Assembly: GCA_965218435.1 (NCBI GenBank)
Contig: CBDCKW010000009.1
Location: forward strand, 2,848,001-2,912,000
Source of the DNA: Truepera sp.
GTDB taxonomy: Bacteria; Deinococcota; Deinococci; Deinococcales; Trueperaceae
DNA: 64,000 nucleotides
Direction: 5' to 3'
The notes under the pieces were generated by a model, which had not been told where the DNA came from, did not search any database, and worked only from the letters and a program-made list of their open reading frames with translations. This document shows, piece by piece, positions 36,810-48,841 of this stretch. The stretch's first letter is position 1. Every line of letters begins with the position of its first letter. Both the position numbers and the translations under genes were made by a program.

Positions 36810-38015
36810 ATGAACGTCAACCGCCAGCTCACCGCCTTATGCGCCTGTAGTTTGCTTTGCTTTACGGGGCTAAGTTTCGCGCAAAGCAGCAGTGCGAGCC
36901 CAACCTCACAGGCGAGCAGCCAAACTGCCAGTTCATATCAGGGTTTAGCTTTTACCACCCCCTACCCGGCAACGAGCGTCAGCTTAAACGAGACGACGAC
37001 GCTCAACCTCACCTTGCACAACTACGGGTTGCCCCCGCAGCTCCTTAAACTCTCGGTCACCCAGGCCCCCAAGGGTTGGACGACGAGCTTTTTGGGGGAC
37101 GGCGTACCGGTCGGTGAAGTTGCGGTCAACCCCGACGACAGTGCGGACCTCAGCTTGCAAGTTCAGCCCCTGACAAACGCCAAAGCAGGCGATTACGCCG
37201 TCACGCTGCTCGCTCAGGGCAAAAATGAACAGGTGACGCTGCCGCTGACCCTCACGCTGGCCAAACTCCTGCCGCCCAAACTGACGCTCACAAGCGACCT
37301 GCCCGCGCTGACCGGTTCGCCGAGCACACCGTTTAGCTTTAACGTCTCGCTGAAAAACGACAGCGGCACCGACGCGACTGCCAACCTTCAGGCGCAGAGT
37401 GAACCCGGCTTTCAGGTCAAGTTCGAGAGTGCAGGCAACGAGGTCACGAGTGTGCCGGTCGCCGCAGGTGAAACGCAAAGCCTGACGGTGAGTGTGACGC
37501 CGCCGTCCGACGCCCAGGGCGGCGATTATCAGGTTCAGGTCAAGGCGGTATCGGACAAGGCGCAAGCCGAGCTGCCGCTCAAGTTGACGATTACCGGGCA
37601 ACCGGCGCTCAGCTTAAGTGGACAGAACGGCGTCTTGTCGGCCCGCGCTGCGATGGGCAAAGACACCCCGCTCGAGCTCGTCGTCAGCAACGACGGCAGC
37701 GCCCCGGCCGACAACGTGACACTCTCCGCGACCGCCCCTGACGGGTGGAAAACCACCTTTACGCCTGACACCATCCCCACTGTCGCGCCCGGTCAGCAGC
37801 AAGCGGTCAAGCTCGACCTGACGCCCTCAAACGACGCCATCGCCGGGGACTATGTGGTCTCGCTCAAAGCTGCGAGTGCCGCGGGGCTCGCGCAGTCCGC
37901 CGACTTCCGTATCACCACCACGACCTCAACCCTGTGGGGCATCGTCGCGGTCATCGTCATCGCCGCTGCACTGCTCGTGATGGGCGGCGCGGTCGCACGT
38001 TTTGGCAGGCGCTAA
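36810..38015 (+). CDS. NEW3/Ig-like domain secreted, membrane-anchored ABC-associated protein
   Basis: Signal peptide, three beta-sandwich repeats (APxGW...AGDY), C-terminal TM helix ending FGRR. Confidence 0.8.
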   Translation: MNVNRQLTALCACSLLCFTGLSFAQSSSASPTSQASSQTASSYQGLAFTTPYPATSVSLNETTTLNLTLHNYGLPPQLLKLSVTQAPKGWTTSFLGDGVPVGEVAVNPDDSADLSLQVQPLTNAKAGDYAVTLLAQGKNEQVTLPLTLTLAKLLPPKLTLTSDLPALTGSPSTPFSFNVSLKNDSGTDATANLQAQSEPGFQVKFESAGNEVTSVPVAAGETQSLTVSVTPPSDAQGGDYQVQVKAVSDKAQAELPLKLTITGQPALSLSGQNGVLSARAAMGKDTPLELVVSNDGSAPADNVTLSATAPDGWKTTFTPDTIPTVAPGQQQAVKLDLTPSNDAIAGDYVVSLKAASAAGLAQSADFRITTTTSTLWGIVAVIVIAAALLVMGGAVARFGRR

Positions 38016-38017
38016 TC

Positions 38018-38989
38018 ATGACGAGCGTCGTGATCGAAACCAAGGCGTTGCAGAAGCGTTACGGCAAGTTCGTCGCGGTCGAAGGGCTTAACCTCACCGT
38101 CGAAGAGGGCGAAGTTTACGGGCTGCTCGGGCCGAACGGCTCGGGTAAAACGACCACCATCCTGATGCTCTTAGGGCTGACCGAACCGAGTTCGGGAAGC
38201 GTGCGCGTCCTGAGTTTTAACCCGGCGCGGGAACCGCTCGAGGTCAAACGCCGGGTCGGTTACCTACCCGACGCCGTGGGCTTTTACGACGAGCTGAGCG
38301 CACGGGCCAACCTGCACTACAGCGGGCGACTGTTGGGCCTCGCCGAAAAAACCGTGCGTGAACGCACCGATGACGTGCTCACACGGATGGGCCTCGCCGA
38401 AGTCGCGGGCAAACGCGTCGGGACCTTTTCACGCGGGATGCGCCAGCGCCTCGGCCTCGCCGATGTGCTCTTAAAAAGGCCGCAGGTTGCTATTTTAGAC
38501 GAACCGACTGCGAGCTTAGACCCGAGTTCGGCGAACGAGTTTTTAGAGCTGATCCGCACACTCAAACGTGAAGGGTTGACGGTGCTGCTCTCGTCGCACC
38601 TGCTCCATCAGGTGCAAGCGGTGTGCGACCGGGTGGGGCTTTTTCGGCACGGACGGCTCGAGCTAGAAGGCACCGTACCCGAATTGGCGCGGCACGTCCT
38701 TGGCAGCGCCTATAACCTCGAGGTCGAGGCGCGGGGCGAGCGTGTCCAAGAGGCGCTGCAAAGTGTTGATGGGGTGCTGAGTTTACAGGCCCGTGACGCC
38801 ACGCACTACCGCGTTGAAGCGCGGGAAGATTTGCGGCCCCAGCTCGCCGCCGCCGTTGCGAGAAGCGGAGCCGAACTCTACAGTTTGCGGCTCGAGGAAC
38901 GCTCGCTCGACGACGTGTACAGCCATCATTTTGACGCTGACCAAAGAGCTGACAAGGGAGCCGAGCATGACTTCGCCAGCGTTGCCTAA
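38018..38989 (+). CDS. ABC transporter ATP-binding protein
   Basis: [22 protein letters not shown]. Confidence 0.9.
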   Translation: MTSVVIETKALQKRYGKFVAVEGLNLTVEEGEVYGLLGPNGSGKTTTILMLLGLTEPSSGSVRVLSFNPAREPLEVKRRVGYLPDAVGFYDELSARANLHYSGRLLGLAEKTVRERTDDVLTRMGLAEVAGKRVGTFSRGMRQRLGLADVLLKRPQVAILDEPTASLDPSSANEFLELIRTLKREGLTVLLSSHLLHQVQAVCDRVGLFRHGRLELEGTVPELARHVLGSAYNLEVEARGERVQEALQSVDGVLSLQARDATHYRVEAREDLRPQLAAAVARSGAELYSLRLEERSLDDVYSHHFDADQRADKGAEHDFASVA

Positions 38990-39959
38990 GGCGACTAACA
39001 GAGCCGCGCCGAAAGTGCGGCGCGGTTCACCTTGGACAGGACTTGGCGCGGTCATCCGCAAAGAGATGGCCGACCACTTTGCGAGTGTGCGGGTACGGCT
39101 GCTCGAGGGTCTGATCTTGCTGACCGCTATCGGCACCGTCTACGCTGCCAGCCAGAGCCTCAAAGGGGCCGACGCAGGCTCGTTTCTGTTCCTCCGCTTA
39201 TTCACCTCAGCACAAGACCCCCTCCCCTCATTTGTCGCGTTTTTAGGTTTCCTCATTCCCATCGTCGCTATCGCACTAGGTTTCGACGCCATCAACGGCG
39301 AGTTCAGCCGGGGCACGCTGAGCCGGGTGTTGTCGCAACCTATCTACCGGGACGCGCTCCTGTTCGGCAAGTTTTTAGCCGGTCTTTTTACGATTGGCAT
39401 TATGCTCTTAGCCTTGTGGCTCTTGGTCACCGGAATGGGCATCTTTTTGCTGGGCGTGCCGCCGAGCGCCGAAGAGGTCGCACGCGGGCTCCTCTTTTTG
39501 TTCGGGACGCTGGCCTACGCCGGGGTCTGGCTGGCCGTCGCTCTGTTCTTCTCCACCGTCTTTAAGCAGAGCGCGACGGCAGCGATGGCGGCGCTCGCGC
39601 TGTGGCTGCTTTTTGCCATCTTCTGGCCGATTATCGTCTCGCTCTTGACCCCGCTCTACCCGCTCAGCGACAACCCGTTTACGGCGCAGCTCGGGCAAGT
39701 CCATTTTCAGCAGACGCTCAGCCGCATCTCGCCTAACACGCTCTTTAGCGAGCTGACGCTGGTGCTCTTAAACCCTGCCACCCGGACGCTCGGCCCGGTG
39801 TTTTATTCGCAGGTGCAAGGGGCCATTATGGGTGCGCCCTTGCCGCTGTCGCAAAGCCTGCTCATCATCTGGCCGCAATTTACCAGCCTCATCGCCACGG
39901 TGATTTTGCTCTTTACGCTGACCTACGTCATTTTTCAGCGTCAGGAGATTCGGGCGTAA
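38967..39959 (+). CDS. ABC-2 type permease
   Basis: Multi-[17 protein letters not shown]-terminal FQRQEIRA. Confidence 0.88.
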   Translation: MTSPALPKATNRAAPKVRRGSPWTGLGAVIRKEMADHFASVRVRLLEGLILLTAIGTVYAASQSLKGADAGSFLFLRLFTSAQDPLPSFVAFLGFLIPIVAIALGFDAINGEFSRGTLSRVLSQPIYRDALLFGKFLAGLFTIGIMLLALWLLVTGMGIFLLGVPPSAEEVARGLLFLFGTLAYAGVWLAVALFFSTVFKQSATAAMAALALWLLFAIFWPIIVSLLTPLYPLSDNPFTAQLGQVHFQQTLSRISPNTLFSELTLVLLNPATRTLGPVFYSQVQGAIMGAPLPLSQSLLIIWPQFTSLIATVILLFTLTYVIFQRQEIRA

Positions 39960-39966
39960 CCTTGCG

Positions 39967-39988
39967 CCTTTACAGCTCCTTTACAGCT
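39967..39988. promoter_or_regulatory. 11-bp tandem direct repeat upstream of the response regulator (OmpR-type site candidate)
   Basis: CCTTTACAGCT x2, shortly before TAGAGT-N6-GTG. Confidence 0.5.
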
Positions 39989-40019
39989 ACCTGTAAGGCA
40001 GCGGTGCTAGAGTTTCGAC

Positions 40020-40685
40020 GTGGCGACACTGTTACTCGTTGATGACGACGCCGCAATTCGTGAGGTGCTCCGGGCGTACCTCACGCACAGCGGCTTTGCG
40101 CTGCTCGAGGCCGCAGACGGCCCCAGCGCCCTCGAGCAGGCTCCGCAAGCCGACGTCGTGATTCTCGACCTGATGCTGCCGGGGCTGAGTGGCCTCGAGG
40201 TCGCCCAAACGCTGCGCGCTGAACGTCCCGAGCTGCCGATTTTGATGTTGACCGCCAAGGCTGCCGAAGATGAGCGCGTCGCGGGTCTCGAGCTGGGCGC
40301 GGACGACTACGTGACCAAACCCTTTAGCCCGCGTGAGGTCGTCGCCCGGATCAAAGCACTGTTGCGCCGTAGCGGGCACCAAGACACGCTGCAGCACGGC
40401 GACCTAAGTATCAACAGTGCCTGTCACCAGGTCACGGTTAGCGGACAGATGCTCGAGCTGACCCGGCTCGAGTTCGATCTACTTTTAACCCTCGCTCAGC
40501 ATCCGGGTTTGGTCTGGAGCCGCAACCGGTTGCTCGAAAAAGTCTGGGGGCCGGATTTTTCCGGGTTTGAACGGGTGGTTGACGCCCGCATCAAGGCGCT
40601 CCGCAAAAAACTCGGTGACGACCCTGACGAGCCGCGTTATATCGAGACCGTTCACGGCGTCGGCTACCGGATGCGCGATAAGTAA
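40020..40685 (+). CDS. OmpR/PhoB-family response regulator
   Basis: LVDDD, ILDLMLP, GADDYVTKPF, ETVHGVGY. Confidence 0.93.
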   Translation: MATLLLVDDDAAIREVLRAYLTHSGFALLEAADGPSALEQAPQADVVILDLMLPGLSGLEVAQTLRAERPELPILMLTAKAAEDERVAGLELGADDYVTKPFSPREVVARIKALLRRSGHQDTLQHGDLSINSACHQVTVSGQMLELTRLEFDLLLTLAQHPGLVWSRNRLLEKVWGPDFSGFERVVDARIKALRKKLGDDPDEPRYIETVHGVGYRMRDK

Positions 40686-40901
40686 CCCGTAAGCTGGAGG
40701 TACCCGAAAAGTAGGTTGGGGCAACTTGAACTCGAGGAGAATACAGGAGGCAGAAGGGAGAATAAGGGCGGCTTTGAGCTATCTGCATGCCGTGTTCTAC
40801 CTTCTTTTGTAAATCTTAAAAAACTTACACCACCTCGTTAGGTGAACGAGCTATAAACCAAATAGACCATAAAGTAGCGCCCGAGATGGTGAAATAAGAC
40901 T

Positions 40902-41999
40902 GTGCGGCTCTTTACCAAACTCTTCCTCAACACGCTTCTCGCTATCTTGGTCGCTGAAACCGTGCTGCTCATCGTCGCTAGCATCTTGCCGGGCCGAGAA
41001 TTCGAGAGTGACCTCGAGGCGTTTCGTACCCTTTCCGAACCGACGCGGCGTGAACTCTTCACCGAAGTGAGCCGCGACAGCCGCCGAGGACTCACCGAAG
41101 GCATCCTCATTTCGCTGCCGGTAGCAACTGCCGTCGCCGCGGTTGTTACCCTGCGCGAATCGCGGCGCGTCGGGCGTGGGGTGAGGCGTCTGGCCGAAGT
41201 CAGCAACGCCGTTGCCGCGCGAAGGTTCGGAGAACGGGTCGCTATCTCGGGCCATGACGAGCTGAGCGACCTCTCCCGCAATTTCAACGCCATGACCCAG
41301 GCCCTCGCCCACGCCGAGCAGGACCGGGGTGAACTCATCAGCACCGTCACCCACGAACTCCGGACGCCGCTGGCAGCGCTGCAAGGCTACAGCGAGGCGC
41401 TCAGTGACGGGATTATCCCCGCTGAGACGGCGGCGCAGGCCATCAACCGTGAAGTGGCGTCGCTCAGAAAAATCGCGTCCGACCTGACGCTGGTCTCGAG
41501 CGCCGAAGCCGGGACGCTCCTCGTACACCCTGCCCGGCTGAGCGTAACCACGCTCATAGGCGACGCCGAAGACCGCTTTAAGGGCGCTTTTGAAGCGGAC
41601 GGTACAGGCTTTTGCAGCGTTGTGCAGGTGGGTTTACCAGACCTCGAGGCCGACCGCGAACGGGTCGGGCAGGTGCTCGCCAACCTGCTCGGCAACGCGC
41701 TCAAATACACGCCCGCCGGGGGAGCTGTTACTCTCCGCGCCGAACGCACGCCGGGGTGTGGATGTGTACTCTTTTCAGTCCAAGACACCGGGCCGGGGAT
41801 TTCGGCGGAGCACCAGGCGCATGTCTTCGAGCGTTTTTACCGCGTCGATGCGTCTCGGGGCCGGAGCGCAGGCGGGTTGGGCGTCGGCCTGACCGTGAGT
41901 AAAACCTTGGTCGAGGCGATGGGCGGGAGCATCTATCTGGAGAGCAATCCGGGAGCGGGGACGACCTTTTTCTTTACCCTGCCCGAAGCCAAGAGCTAA
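40902..41999 (+). CDS. HAMP-domain sensor histidine kinase (BaeS-like)
   Basis: HELRTPL, NLLGNALKY, DTGPGI, FERFYR, GVGL. Confidence 0.92.
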   Translation: MRLFTKLFLNTLLAILVAETVLLIVASILPGREFESDLEAFRTLSEPTRRELFTEVSRDSRRGLTEGILISLPVATAVAAVVTLRESRRVGRGVRRLAEVSNAVAARRFGERVAISGHDELSDLSRNFNAMTQALAHAEQDRGELISTVTHELRTPLAALQGYSEALSDGIIPAETAAQAINREVASLRKIASDLTLVSSAEAGTLLVHPARLSVTTLIGDAEDRFKGAFEADGTGFCSVVQVGLPDLEADRERVGQVLANLLGNALKYTPAGGAVTLRAERTPGCGCVLFSVQDTGPGISAEHQAHVFERFYRVDASRGRSAGGLGVGLTVSKTLVEAMGGSIYLESNPGAGTTFFFTLPEAKS

Positions 42000-42011
42000 A
42001 ACGTTGTTTCC

Positions 42012-42365
42012 CTAGCTTGCTTTTACCAAAGCCGTCTCTCTATCCGGTACGAAAGCGACCTGACGGCCTCGGTTGCTCTCGAGCATGAACGCTTTTAGAC
42101 TCTCGCTCTTAAAAGCAAACTCACCGATAATGACGAGCTTCATACGGTAGTTCGCGTACTTTTGCAGTATTTCGCCTGCCAACCCGGTTTTCAGATCGAA
42201 AAACTCGGCGGGCAGGTGCCTTTCGCATAAGATGAGGCAGTCTGCGCCCCCATACTGGGCCGTCGCCATAAGGTTTAGGGCGTCTCGAGCCGTGTTGATG
42301 GCGACATCAGCCGACACGACTTCAGCAATTTTGTAGCCGCTGACTTCAATGATGTCGAGTTTCAT
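42012..42365 (-). CDS. DUF4180-family protein
   Basis: FFDLKTGLAGEILQKYANY...FMLESNRG. Confidence 0.8.
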   Translation of the reverse strand: MKLDIIEVSGYKIAEVVSADVAINTARDALNLMATAQYGGADCLILCERHLPAEFFDLKTGLAGEILQKYANYRMKLVIIGEFAFKSESLKAFMLESNRGRQVAFVPDRETALVKAS

Positions 42366-42956
42366 TTACGGCGTTTCGCTGATGGGTCGCCCAACAGTCA
42401 AAGCTTGACGGAGACCAGGCTCCAACTCCAAATAATGTGCGTCGGGTTCTGCGCCGAGGGCGTCTAGTAATTTACTAAAAAAGCAGCGCGCCGAAGCTGC
42501 GGCGGCAATATCGAAAATCTCTTCATTGGAAAACCCGTGAGTTCGCAGCTCTTCGGTGTCCCGCGCCGTGACCGAGGTTGCGTCACGGGCAATCTTTTCG
42601 GCGAAGGCCATCATCACCACGTCTTCGGGGTTTAGTCCTGCCTGCTCGTAATCTTCGGCGATTTTCGTAAGCTCTGCGTCGTCGTAATACTCGAGCAACA
42701 CCGAGCCGTGCGCCAACATGCAGTAAGAACTTTTGAGCGCCCTCGCCGCTGCCAGCGTAACGAGTTCATAGCGCCTCGAGTCTAGCGTGCTGCGAATGCT
42801 GCCGAGTAGACTTGCCCAAGCCTCCATCACCTGCGGGCGGTGACTAAACGCCTTGACGTAATTGGGAACATACCCCTTCGCCACGCGGTTCTGCTCATAC
42901 ATCCGCGCTACGTCGCCGTGCGCCTGGTCTTCGGGAACGATATCAATTAAAGCCAT
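42366..42956 (-). CDS. AhpD/CMD-like peroxidase-related protein
   Basis: ELVTLAAARALKSSYCMLAHG (CxxC degenerated to SxxC). Confidence 0.8.
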   Translation of the reverse strand: MALIDIVPEDQAHGDVARMYEQNRVAKGYVPNYVKAFSHRPQVMEAWASLLGSIRSTLDSRRYELVTLAAARALKSSYCMLAHGSVLLEYYDDAELTKIAEDYEQAGLNPEDVVMMAFAEKIARDATSVTARDTEELRTHGFSNEEIFDIAAAASARCFFSKLLDALGAEPDAHYLELEPGLRQALTVGRPISETP

Positions 42957-43014
42957 GTCAATCTCCTCGTGCTGAATTATGCACGCGGAAGCTGAAAAAT
43001 GCTACGGGTAACAG

Positions 43015-43701
43015 CTAGGCCACCACACGCCTGTCCAGACGTTGTAAAGCTTTCTCCAGATAAGCGTTGAACTCGGCTTGGGCGCGAAACGTCTCGACAA
43101 CTTTATCCTTAAAGCCCTCGTCTAAAACCTGCTCATCAGCAAAGGGCCGAAACGCAGCAAAACTTTTAAGCTTCAGGAGTGAGATGGCCGGATGGTCGGC
43201 GCTGTAGTCTCGAGGCGCAGTCTTCAGCTCGTGCGTGCGGTCTAAACCTTCCGGGTAGATACGCCTAAACGCGTCAGCCGCTAAAATACGCTCCAACTCC
43301 GGGTAGGTTTCATCTATTTCTCCGCGGATAGCTTTAAGCACCGGCGCAGGAGGCAAATAGAGACCACCGCCCGCCATACTGTGACCCGGTTCAATCTGCA
43401 GATAGTACGCCGGACGCTCGCCCCCGGCAGAGATAAACCCGCTCATGCTCGTTTTAAGCGGGTCTTTGTTTTTGCCGAAGCGCGTGTCCCGGTAGATACG
43501 AAAGACTTTGACCGTCGTCGGGTCATCAATACGTTGAGCTACGGTACGGTCAAACTGCGCGATCTCCATCGCAATATCGTTCAAGCCTTCTTCAAACGCT
43601 CCACGCATCGCCTTGTAAGCGGGTTTTCGCCCCCCGAACCAGTCTTTGTTGTTGTTGAGTTTAAGTTCACCGAGAAACGCCAACAGGTCTGGAGTGATCA
43701 T
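43015..43701 (-). CDS. DUF2461-family protein
   Basis: FLGELKLNNNKDWF, FRIYRDTRF, LKTAPR. Confidence 0.85.
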   Translation of the reverse strand: MITPDLLAFLGELKLNNNKDWFGGRKPAYKAMRGAFEEGLNDIAMEIAQFDRTVAQRIDDPTTVKVFRIYRDTRFGKNKDPLKTSMSGFISAGGERPAYYLQIEPGHSMAGGGLYLPPAPVLKAIRGEIDETYPELERILAADAFRRIYPEGLDRTHELKTAPRDYSADHPAISLLKLKSFAAFRPFADEQVLDEGFKDKVVETFRAQAEFNAYLEKALQRLDRRVVA

Positions 43702-43735
43702 GGGACTCCTCGAGCGTCTTTCAAGGTTTGAAAAA

Positions 43736-44590
43736 TCATATACTCGTAAACCAGGTCTGGTTTATTGAGACTTGCTCTACTTCGATTACCTTAGTTTCGA
43801 TACCCAGACTAAGCTCTTTGAGCTTGTCTACAAGTAAATCCCCGTCAATCAGGTCAATTGCAGGTGCGCCGTCCCTAGTAGCCTCACGCACGGCGTCTCT
43901 AGTGAAATTACCGGTGGTAATAAGAAGACCTTTGTCAGCACGTCCAACCATCGCGCCCCGGAAGTCGCGTACTTGATTTGCTGATACAGAACCTCTATAT
44001 CGTTTGCACTGGAAGATTACATGAAAAGAGAGTAAACCGCCAAGACGCATAATGCCTTTTCCGTCTATACCACCATCACCGCTTTGTCCAGTCACCTCAA
44101 CCTGAATAAAGCCGGATTCTCTAAGCAGTCTTTGTACTAACCGTTCAAATGCCGAAGGGTGCAGCTTCAAAAGTACGTCTAGCAGTTCCTCACGCCAGAG
44201 CCCACCAGGTTCGTCACCATTAGATACTTCGTTATCAACTTGAGATTGCTTTTTGTTTTGGTGTTCGCGCATAAAACGCTTGACTTTAGTAGGATCAACT
44301 TTTTCGACTGTTCTGCCTGTAGTTGTCAATGCCCAAACACCGCGTCCGGAGTTCTCGAGCACACCGAATTGCTTTAAGTACGTTCTGGCCCAAGCCATCC
44401 GGTACTCAACTTCAGTCTGTCCACCCTTTTTAGGATTGTGCAAAACCTCAAGCTGTTCGTCAGAAAGGTTCGCTACGTCAGAAGCAAGGTTGTTTATCTC
44501 TTCGATTGTCCCAGAGCCGCCAAGTTGTTTTAACGCCTCAATAATTGGATTCATCAGATGGTCATATGAGGGGAGGCGTACACGGGACAT
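43736..44590 (-). CDS. mrr: Mrr-type (type IV) restriction endonuclease
   Basis: Mrr_N domain (YRMAWARTYLK) plus catalytic domain FERLV...DGGID...QCKRY. More AT-rich than its neighbours. Confidence 0.9.
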   Translation of the reverse strand: MSRVRLPSYDHLMNPIIEALKQLGGSGTIEEINNLASDVANLSDEQLEVLHNPKKGGQTEVEYRMAWARTYLKQFGVLENSGRGVWALTTTGRTVEKVDPTKVKRFMREHQNKKQSQVDNEVSNGDEPGGLWREELLDVLLKLHPSAFERLVQRLLRESGFIQVEVTGQSGDGGIDGKGIMRLGGLLSFHVIFQCKRYRGSVSANQVRDFRGAMVGRADKGLLITTGNFTRDAVREATRDGAPAIDLIDGDLLVDKLKELSLGIETKVIEVEQVSINQTWFTSI

Positions 44591-44648
44591 CTATTTCTAG
44601 CTTACCTTGCCCTTAGAAGATCAACCATCGTGCGCTAAAATCTCTGTA

Positions 44649-45632
44649 TCAGTCGGCTGCCATCCCTACATTATTTTTCTCTAACGCCCGCTCTGCTCGG
44701 TACGAGGAGCGTACCAGCGGCCCCGAGACAACCTCGAGAAATCCCTTTTTAAGCCCTAACTCGCGGTAGTGGTTAAAGTCTTCGGGCGGCACATACCGCA
44801 CGACCGGCAGGTGCGACGCGGTAGGGCGAAGGTACTGCCCAAAGGTCACGATGTCTACCCCGGCAGCGCGTAAATCGTCCATCGCCTCCAAAATCTCAGC
44901 GTCGGTTTCACCCAAACCCAGCATCAAGCTTGTTTTAGTGAGCACGTCGGGCCGGGATTTTTTCGCGTAGGCAAGGACGCCTAAGGTTTGGTCGTAGCCT
45001 GCGCGGGGGTCACGGACGGGATGGGTGAGGCGGCGGACGGTCTCGAGATTCTGCGCGTAAACTTCAACCCCGGCATCTAAAACCTTTTGGACGTTGTCGG
45101 TGACGCCGCCGAAGTCGGGCGTCAACGCCTCGACTGCCGTGTCCGGATTGACCCGTTTGATCTCGCGGATACACGCGGCGTAGTGGCCTGCGCCGCCGTC
45201 CGGCAGGTCGTCGCGGTCAACCGAGGTCAAGACGACGTATTTGAGGCCCATCAGTTGGACCGAACTCGCAGCTAAACGCGGTTCAGCCGGGTCGAGGCGG
45301 CCTCTAGGATTCCCGGTGTCTACCGCACAAAAGCGGCAAGCACGGGTACATACCGAACCCATCAGCATAATCGTGGCAGTCCCGGCGTTCCAGCATTCGC
45401 CGATATTCGGGCACATCGCCTCTTCGCAAACCGTAGACAAGCGGTTTTCGCGTACGGTGGATTTGACCTCGCTGTATTTAGCGCCGGAGGGCAGCGCGAC
45501 CTTGAGCCAATCGGGTTTACGCTCACGGGGGACGTTGGCGGCATCTTTGCGAAACACGCCGTTTTTAACGACCTTGATGTCGGCCAGAGAAATATCTATA
45601 GGCGGGAGGTCGGGAGTTTTGGGTTGCGTCAC
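44649..45632 (-). CDS. lipA: Lipoyl synthase
   Basis: [24 protein letters not shown]. Confidence 0.96.
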   Translation of the reverse strand: MTQPKTPDLPPIDISLADIKVVKNGVFRKDAANVPRERKPDWLKVALPSGAKYSEVKSTVRENRLSTVCEEAMCPNIGECWNAGTATIMLMGSVCTRACRFCAVDTGNPRGRLDPAEPRLAASSVQLMGLKYVVLTSVDRDDLPDGGAGHYAACIREIKRVNPDTAVEALTPDFGGVTDNVQKVLDAGVEVYAQNLETVRRLTHPVRDPRAGYDQTLGVLAYAKKSRPDVLTKTSLMLGLGETDAEILEAMDDLRAAGVDIVTFGQYLRPTASHLPVVRYVPPEDFNHYRELGLKKGFLEVVSGPLVRSSYRAERALEKNNVGMAAD

Positions 45633-45648
45633 TAGATAACCTTGCTTT

Positions 45649-46353
<705 letters not shown>

Positions 46354-46417
46354 ACTCTATGGTAGCAGCTTTCGTCATTTTCCCCTGCACCCCAGCTGTC
46401 AGAATTAGAGAGAACAA

Positions 46418-47650
46418 CTAGATCGTCTCGTCTAACCCCTCTATCAGCTGTGCTACATCGTCTTCGCTCGTATAGTGAACAAACGACAACCGGAGCACGC
46501 CGTCGCCGCCTATGCCGAGGGCGTCCAAGAGCCTTGCGGCGTAAAAGTGGCCGTGGGCGCACATGATACCGCGCTCGGCCAGGGCTTCGACCAGCTCGGA
46601 TGAGGCGCGACCTTCGACCAACACTGAAACGGTCGGCGCACGGTTCTCTAGAGTTTTCGGGCCGATGATACGGACTTTGCGGTGCGCGGTGAGGTACTCA
46701 AGCAACGTCTCCAACCGCGCCAGCTCTGCGTTTCTAAAAAGGTCGTGTACAGCTTTAGTTTTGACCTGTGTGTCAACGCCCTCGCCGTAATGATGTGCGT
46801 ACACCGCGTCAAAATAGTCCGTCACGCCCCGCGCCGCCGCAATCTGCGCGTGATCCGGGCCTGCCGGGGTCAGGCGTTTGGTCGTATTACCCCCGTTGAA
46901 GTAATGCCCCTGATTCGTCAGTTTTTGCGCTGTGTCCTTACGCACGACCATTACGCCCTGGTGCGGCCCATAGGTTTTGTAGGTTGAAAAAAGGTAGATG
47001 TCCGCGCCCAACTCCTCTACATTTGGAAACCCGTGTCCCGCATAAGAAACACCGTCTACTACGGCAACCGCGCCGACCTTATGCGCGAGTTCGGCAACCT
47101 CACGCACCGGATTGATCTCCCCGACGATGTTCGAGCAGTGCGGAAACGCGACGATTTTGGTTTTGTCTGACAAGAGCGCCTGCAAGTCTTCTAGGTGCAA
47201 CCGGCCCTCAGCGTCAACTCGCCACTCTTTGACGGTCACGTCATCTTTCGCAAGCCGCCGCCACGCGCCGCTGTTCGCCTCATGGTCTTGATTCGTGACG
47301 ATGATTTCATTGCCGGGTTTGAGATAATCGCGGAACGCCTGCGCCAGAACATAGGTATTTTGCGTCGTCGAGGGGCCGAAGTGGACTTCATCGGGCTGAA
47401 CGCCCAAGTAGGCGGCGAAAGCGGGGTAGCTCGAGTCCATCTCTCTACCCGCCTCCTGGGAAACCGGATACCGGTGATGTGGTTGCACTTTGAGCTTGGT
47501 GTAGAAGTCGTGCAACCTGCCGATCACCTGAGCGCAAGCATACGAACCCCCGGCGTTTTCAAAAAACGCTTGCCCTTTTAAGCTGGGTTCGCTAAAGGCG
47601 GGAAATTGCTGCCGGACGAAGTTGAGGTCCAGCGTGTGCATAGCTGTCAT
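46418..47650 (-). CDS. Class V aminotransferase / cysteine-desulfurase-like protein
   Basis: DHEAN, VVDGVSY, FSTYKTYGPH, RLSFVHY. GGAGG RBS before ATG 47650. Confidence 0.88.
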   Translation of the reverse strand: MTAMHTLDLNFVRQQFPAFSEPSLKGQAFFENAGGSYACAQVIGRLHDFYTKLKVQPHHRYPVSQEAGREMDSSYPAFAAYLGVQPDEVHFGPSTTQNTYVLAQAFRDYLKPGNEIIVTNQDHEANSGAWRRLAKDDVTVKEWRVDAEGRLHLEDLQALLSDKTKIVAFPHCSNIVGEINPVREVAELAHKVGAVAVVDGVSYAGHGFPNVEELGADIYLFSTYKTYGPHQGVMVVRKDTAQKLTNQGHYFNGGNTTKRLTPAGPDHAQIAAARGVTDYFDAVYAHHYGEGVDTQVKTKAVHDLFRNAELARLETLLEYLTAHRKVRIIGPKTLENRAPTVSVLVEGRASSELVEALAERGIMCAHGHFYAARLLDALGIGGDGVLRLSFVHYTSEDDVAQLIEGLDETI

Positions 47651-47669
47651 AATCCTCCAATGCAAAAAG

Positions 47670-48428
47670 TTAAGAACGCAAGTAAGACGCACCGTTCACA
47701 TCAATGATCGTCCCGGTAGAAAACTCAGCGCCTGCAGACGCGAGGAACAACACCGCGTAGGCGACCTCTTCGGGTTTGGCGACGCGCCCCAGCGGACTCT
47801 GCGCACGGATTTCTACACCTTGCTCCCCGGCCAAAGACGAGGCGGCCATCTCCGTCTCGACAAAACCGGGCGCGACCACACCCACGAAGATGTTGTGCGG
47901 TGCGAGCTTTTGCGCGAGCGATTGACTCATGGCGTTCATCCCGGCTTTACTGGCACCGTAAGCGGGACTTTCCGGTTCCCCCCGAAACGCACCCCTCGAC
48001 GACACATTGACGATGCGTCCACCGCCACTCTCCAGCATGTGCTGCGCCGCTAAGTAACAGAGGTTAGCCGCTGCAACAAGGTTGGTGCCGAGCGTCCGCT
48101 GCCACGCCTCACGCCACGCGGCAAAATCAACTTTATCTACCGGATGCGCTTCAAAAATACCCGCGTTGTTGACCAAAATATCTAACCCGCCTAACTCCTG
48201 AACCGTTTGGGTGACCAGCGTTTCGCAGAAGTCCGGGTCAGAAATATCACCGGCGAGGCTCGAGTGTGGCCCGCCCGGTAAAGCAGCCAAGGTTGCCTCA
48301 GCCGCGTCATGATTGCTCAAGTAGCTGAGCACCACCCGCGCGCCTCTCTCTGCAAAACTCTGAGCAATTGCTCGACCGATACCCCGTGCGCCGCCCGTGA
48401 CGAGTACGCGTTTGCCGTTAAAGTCCAT
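47670..48428 (-). CDS. Short-chain dehydrogenase/reductase
   Basis: TGGARGIG, NNAG, YGASK. TAGAGT before ATG 48428. Confidence 0.92.
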   Translation of the reverse strand: MDFNGKRVLVTGGARGIGRAIAQSFAERGARVVLSYLSNHDAAEATLAALPGGPHSSLAGDISDPDFCETLVTQTVQELGGLDILVNNAGIFEAHPVDKVDFAAWREAWQRTLGTNLVAAANLCYLAAQHMLESGGGRIVNVSSRGAFRGEPESPAYGASKAGMNAMSQSLAQKLAPHNIFVGVVAPGFVETEMAASSLAGEQGVEIRAQSPLGRVAKPEEVAYAVLFLASAGAEFSTGTIIDVNGASYLRS

Positions 48429-48682
48429 GCCCAACTCTACCTGGTAATGACCTGCTAAGGTGACTACGCAGAGCGAGCCGAGCGAGACCTCTTCACAGTA
48501 CAAGCCAAAGCTAGGCCAGTAGACCGCTTCTAGCGGACTGCACAAGCCTACTGACCCCGTGGTGCTCAAGCCCAGCTTTCAACCGTTACTAAAAGGACAC
48601 TGTGAGTCAGCCCCAGGAAAACCCCTCAGCGCCTCGCTGAGACGCCCGTCGCCAAGGGTATATTTACGCGGCCTCGAGAGTC

Positions 48683-48841
48683 GTGAACTACACCGTGCGC
48701 GGCGTGGCAGAAGCGTTGGGCGCGTCGCCGCCCTCAGTTGCAGCGGGGATGAAACGGCTCGAGGCCCTTGGGCTGCTGTGCTACGTCGGCGAGCGGCAGA
48801 CCTGGCAGCGTAGAGCGTTCGAGGTTTTAGGAAAACCCTGA
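48683..48841 (+). pseudogene. Truncated/frameshifted paralogue of the winged-HTH gene at 49814
   Basis: VNYTVRGVAEALGASPPSVAAGMKRLEALGLL aligns by eye with VSYTVRELAELLGVTPPSVEAALTRLRELGLI. In-frame stop upstream at 48638-48640. Confidence 0.6.

Noticed and set aside
36984..41528. Long minus-strand ORFs 36984..37601 and 40851..41528
   Set aside because: Antisense shadows of well-supported plus-strand genes in GC-rich DNA.
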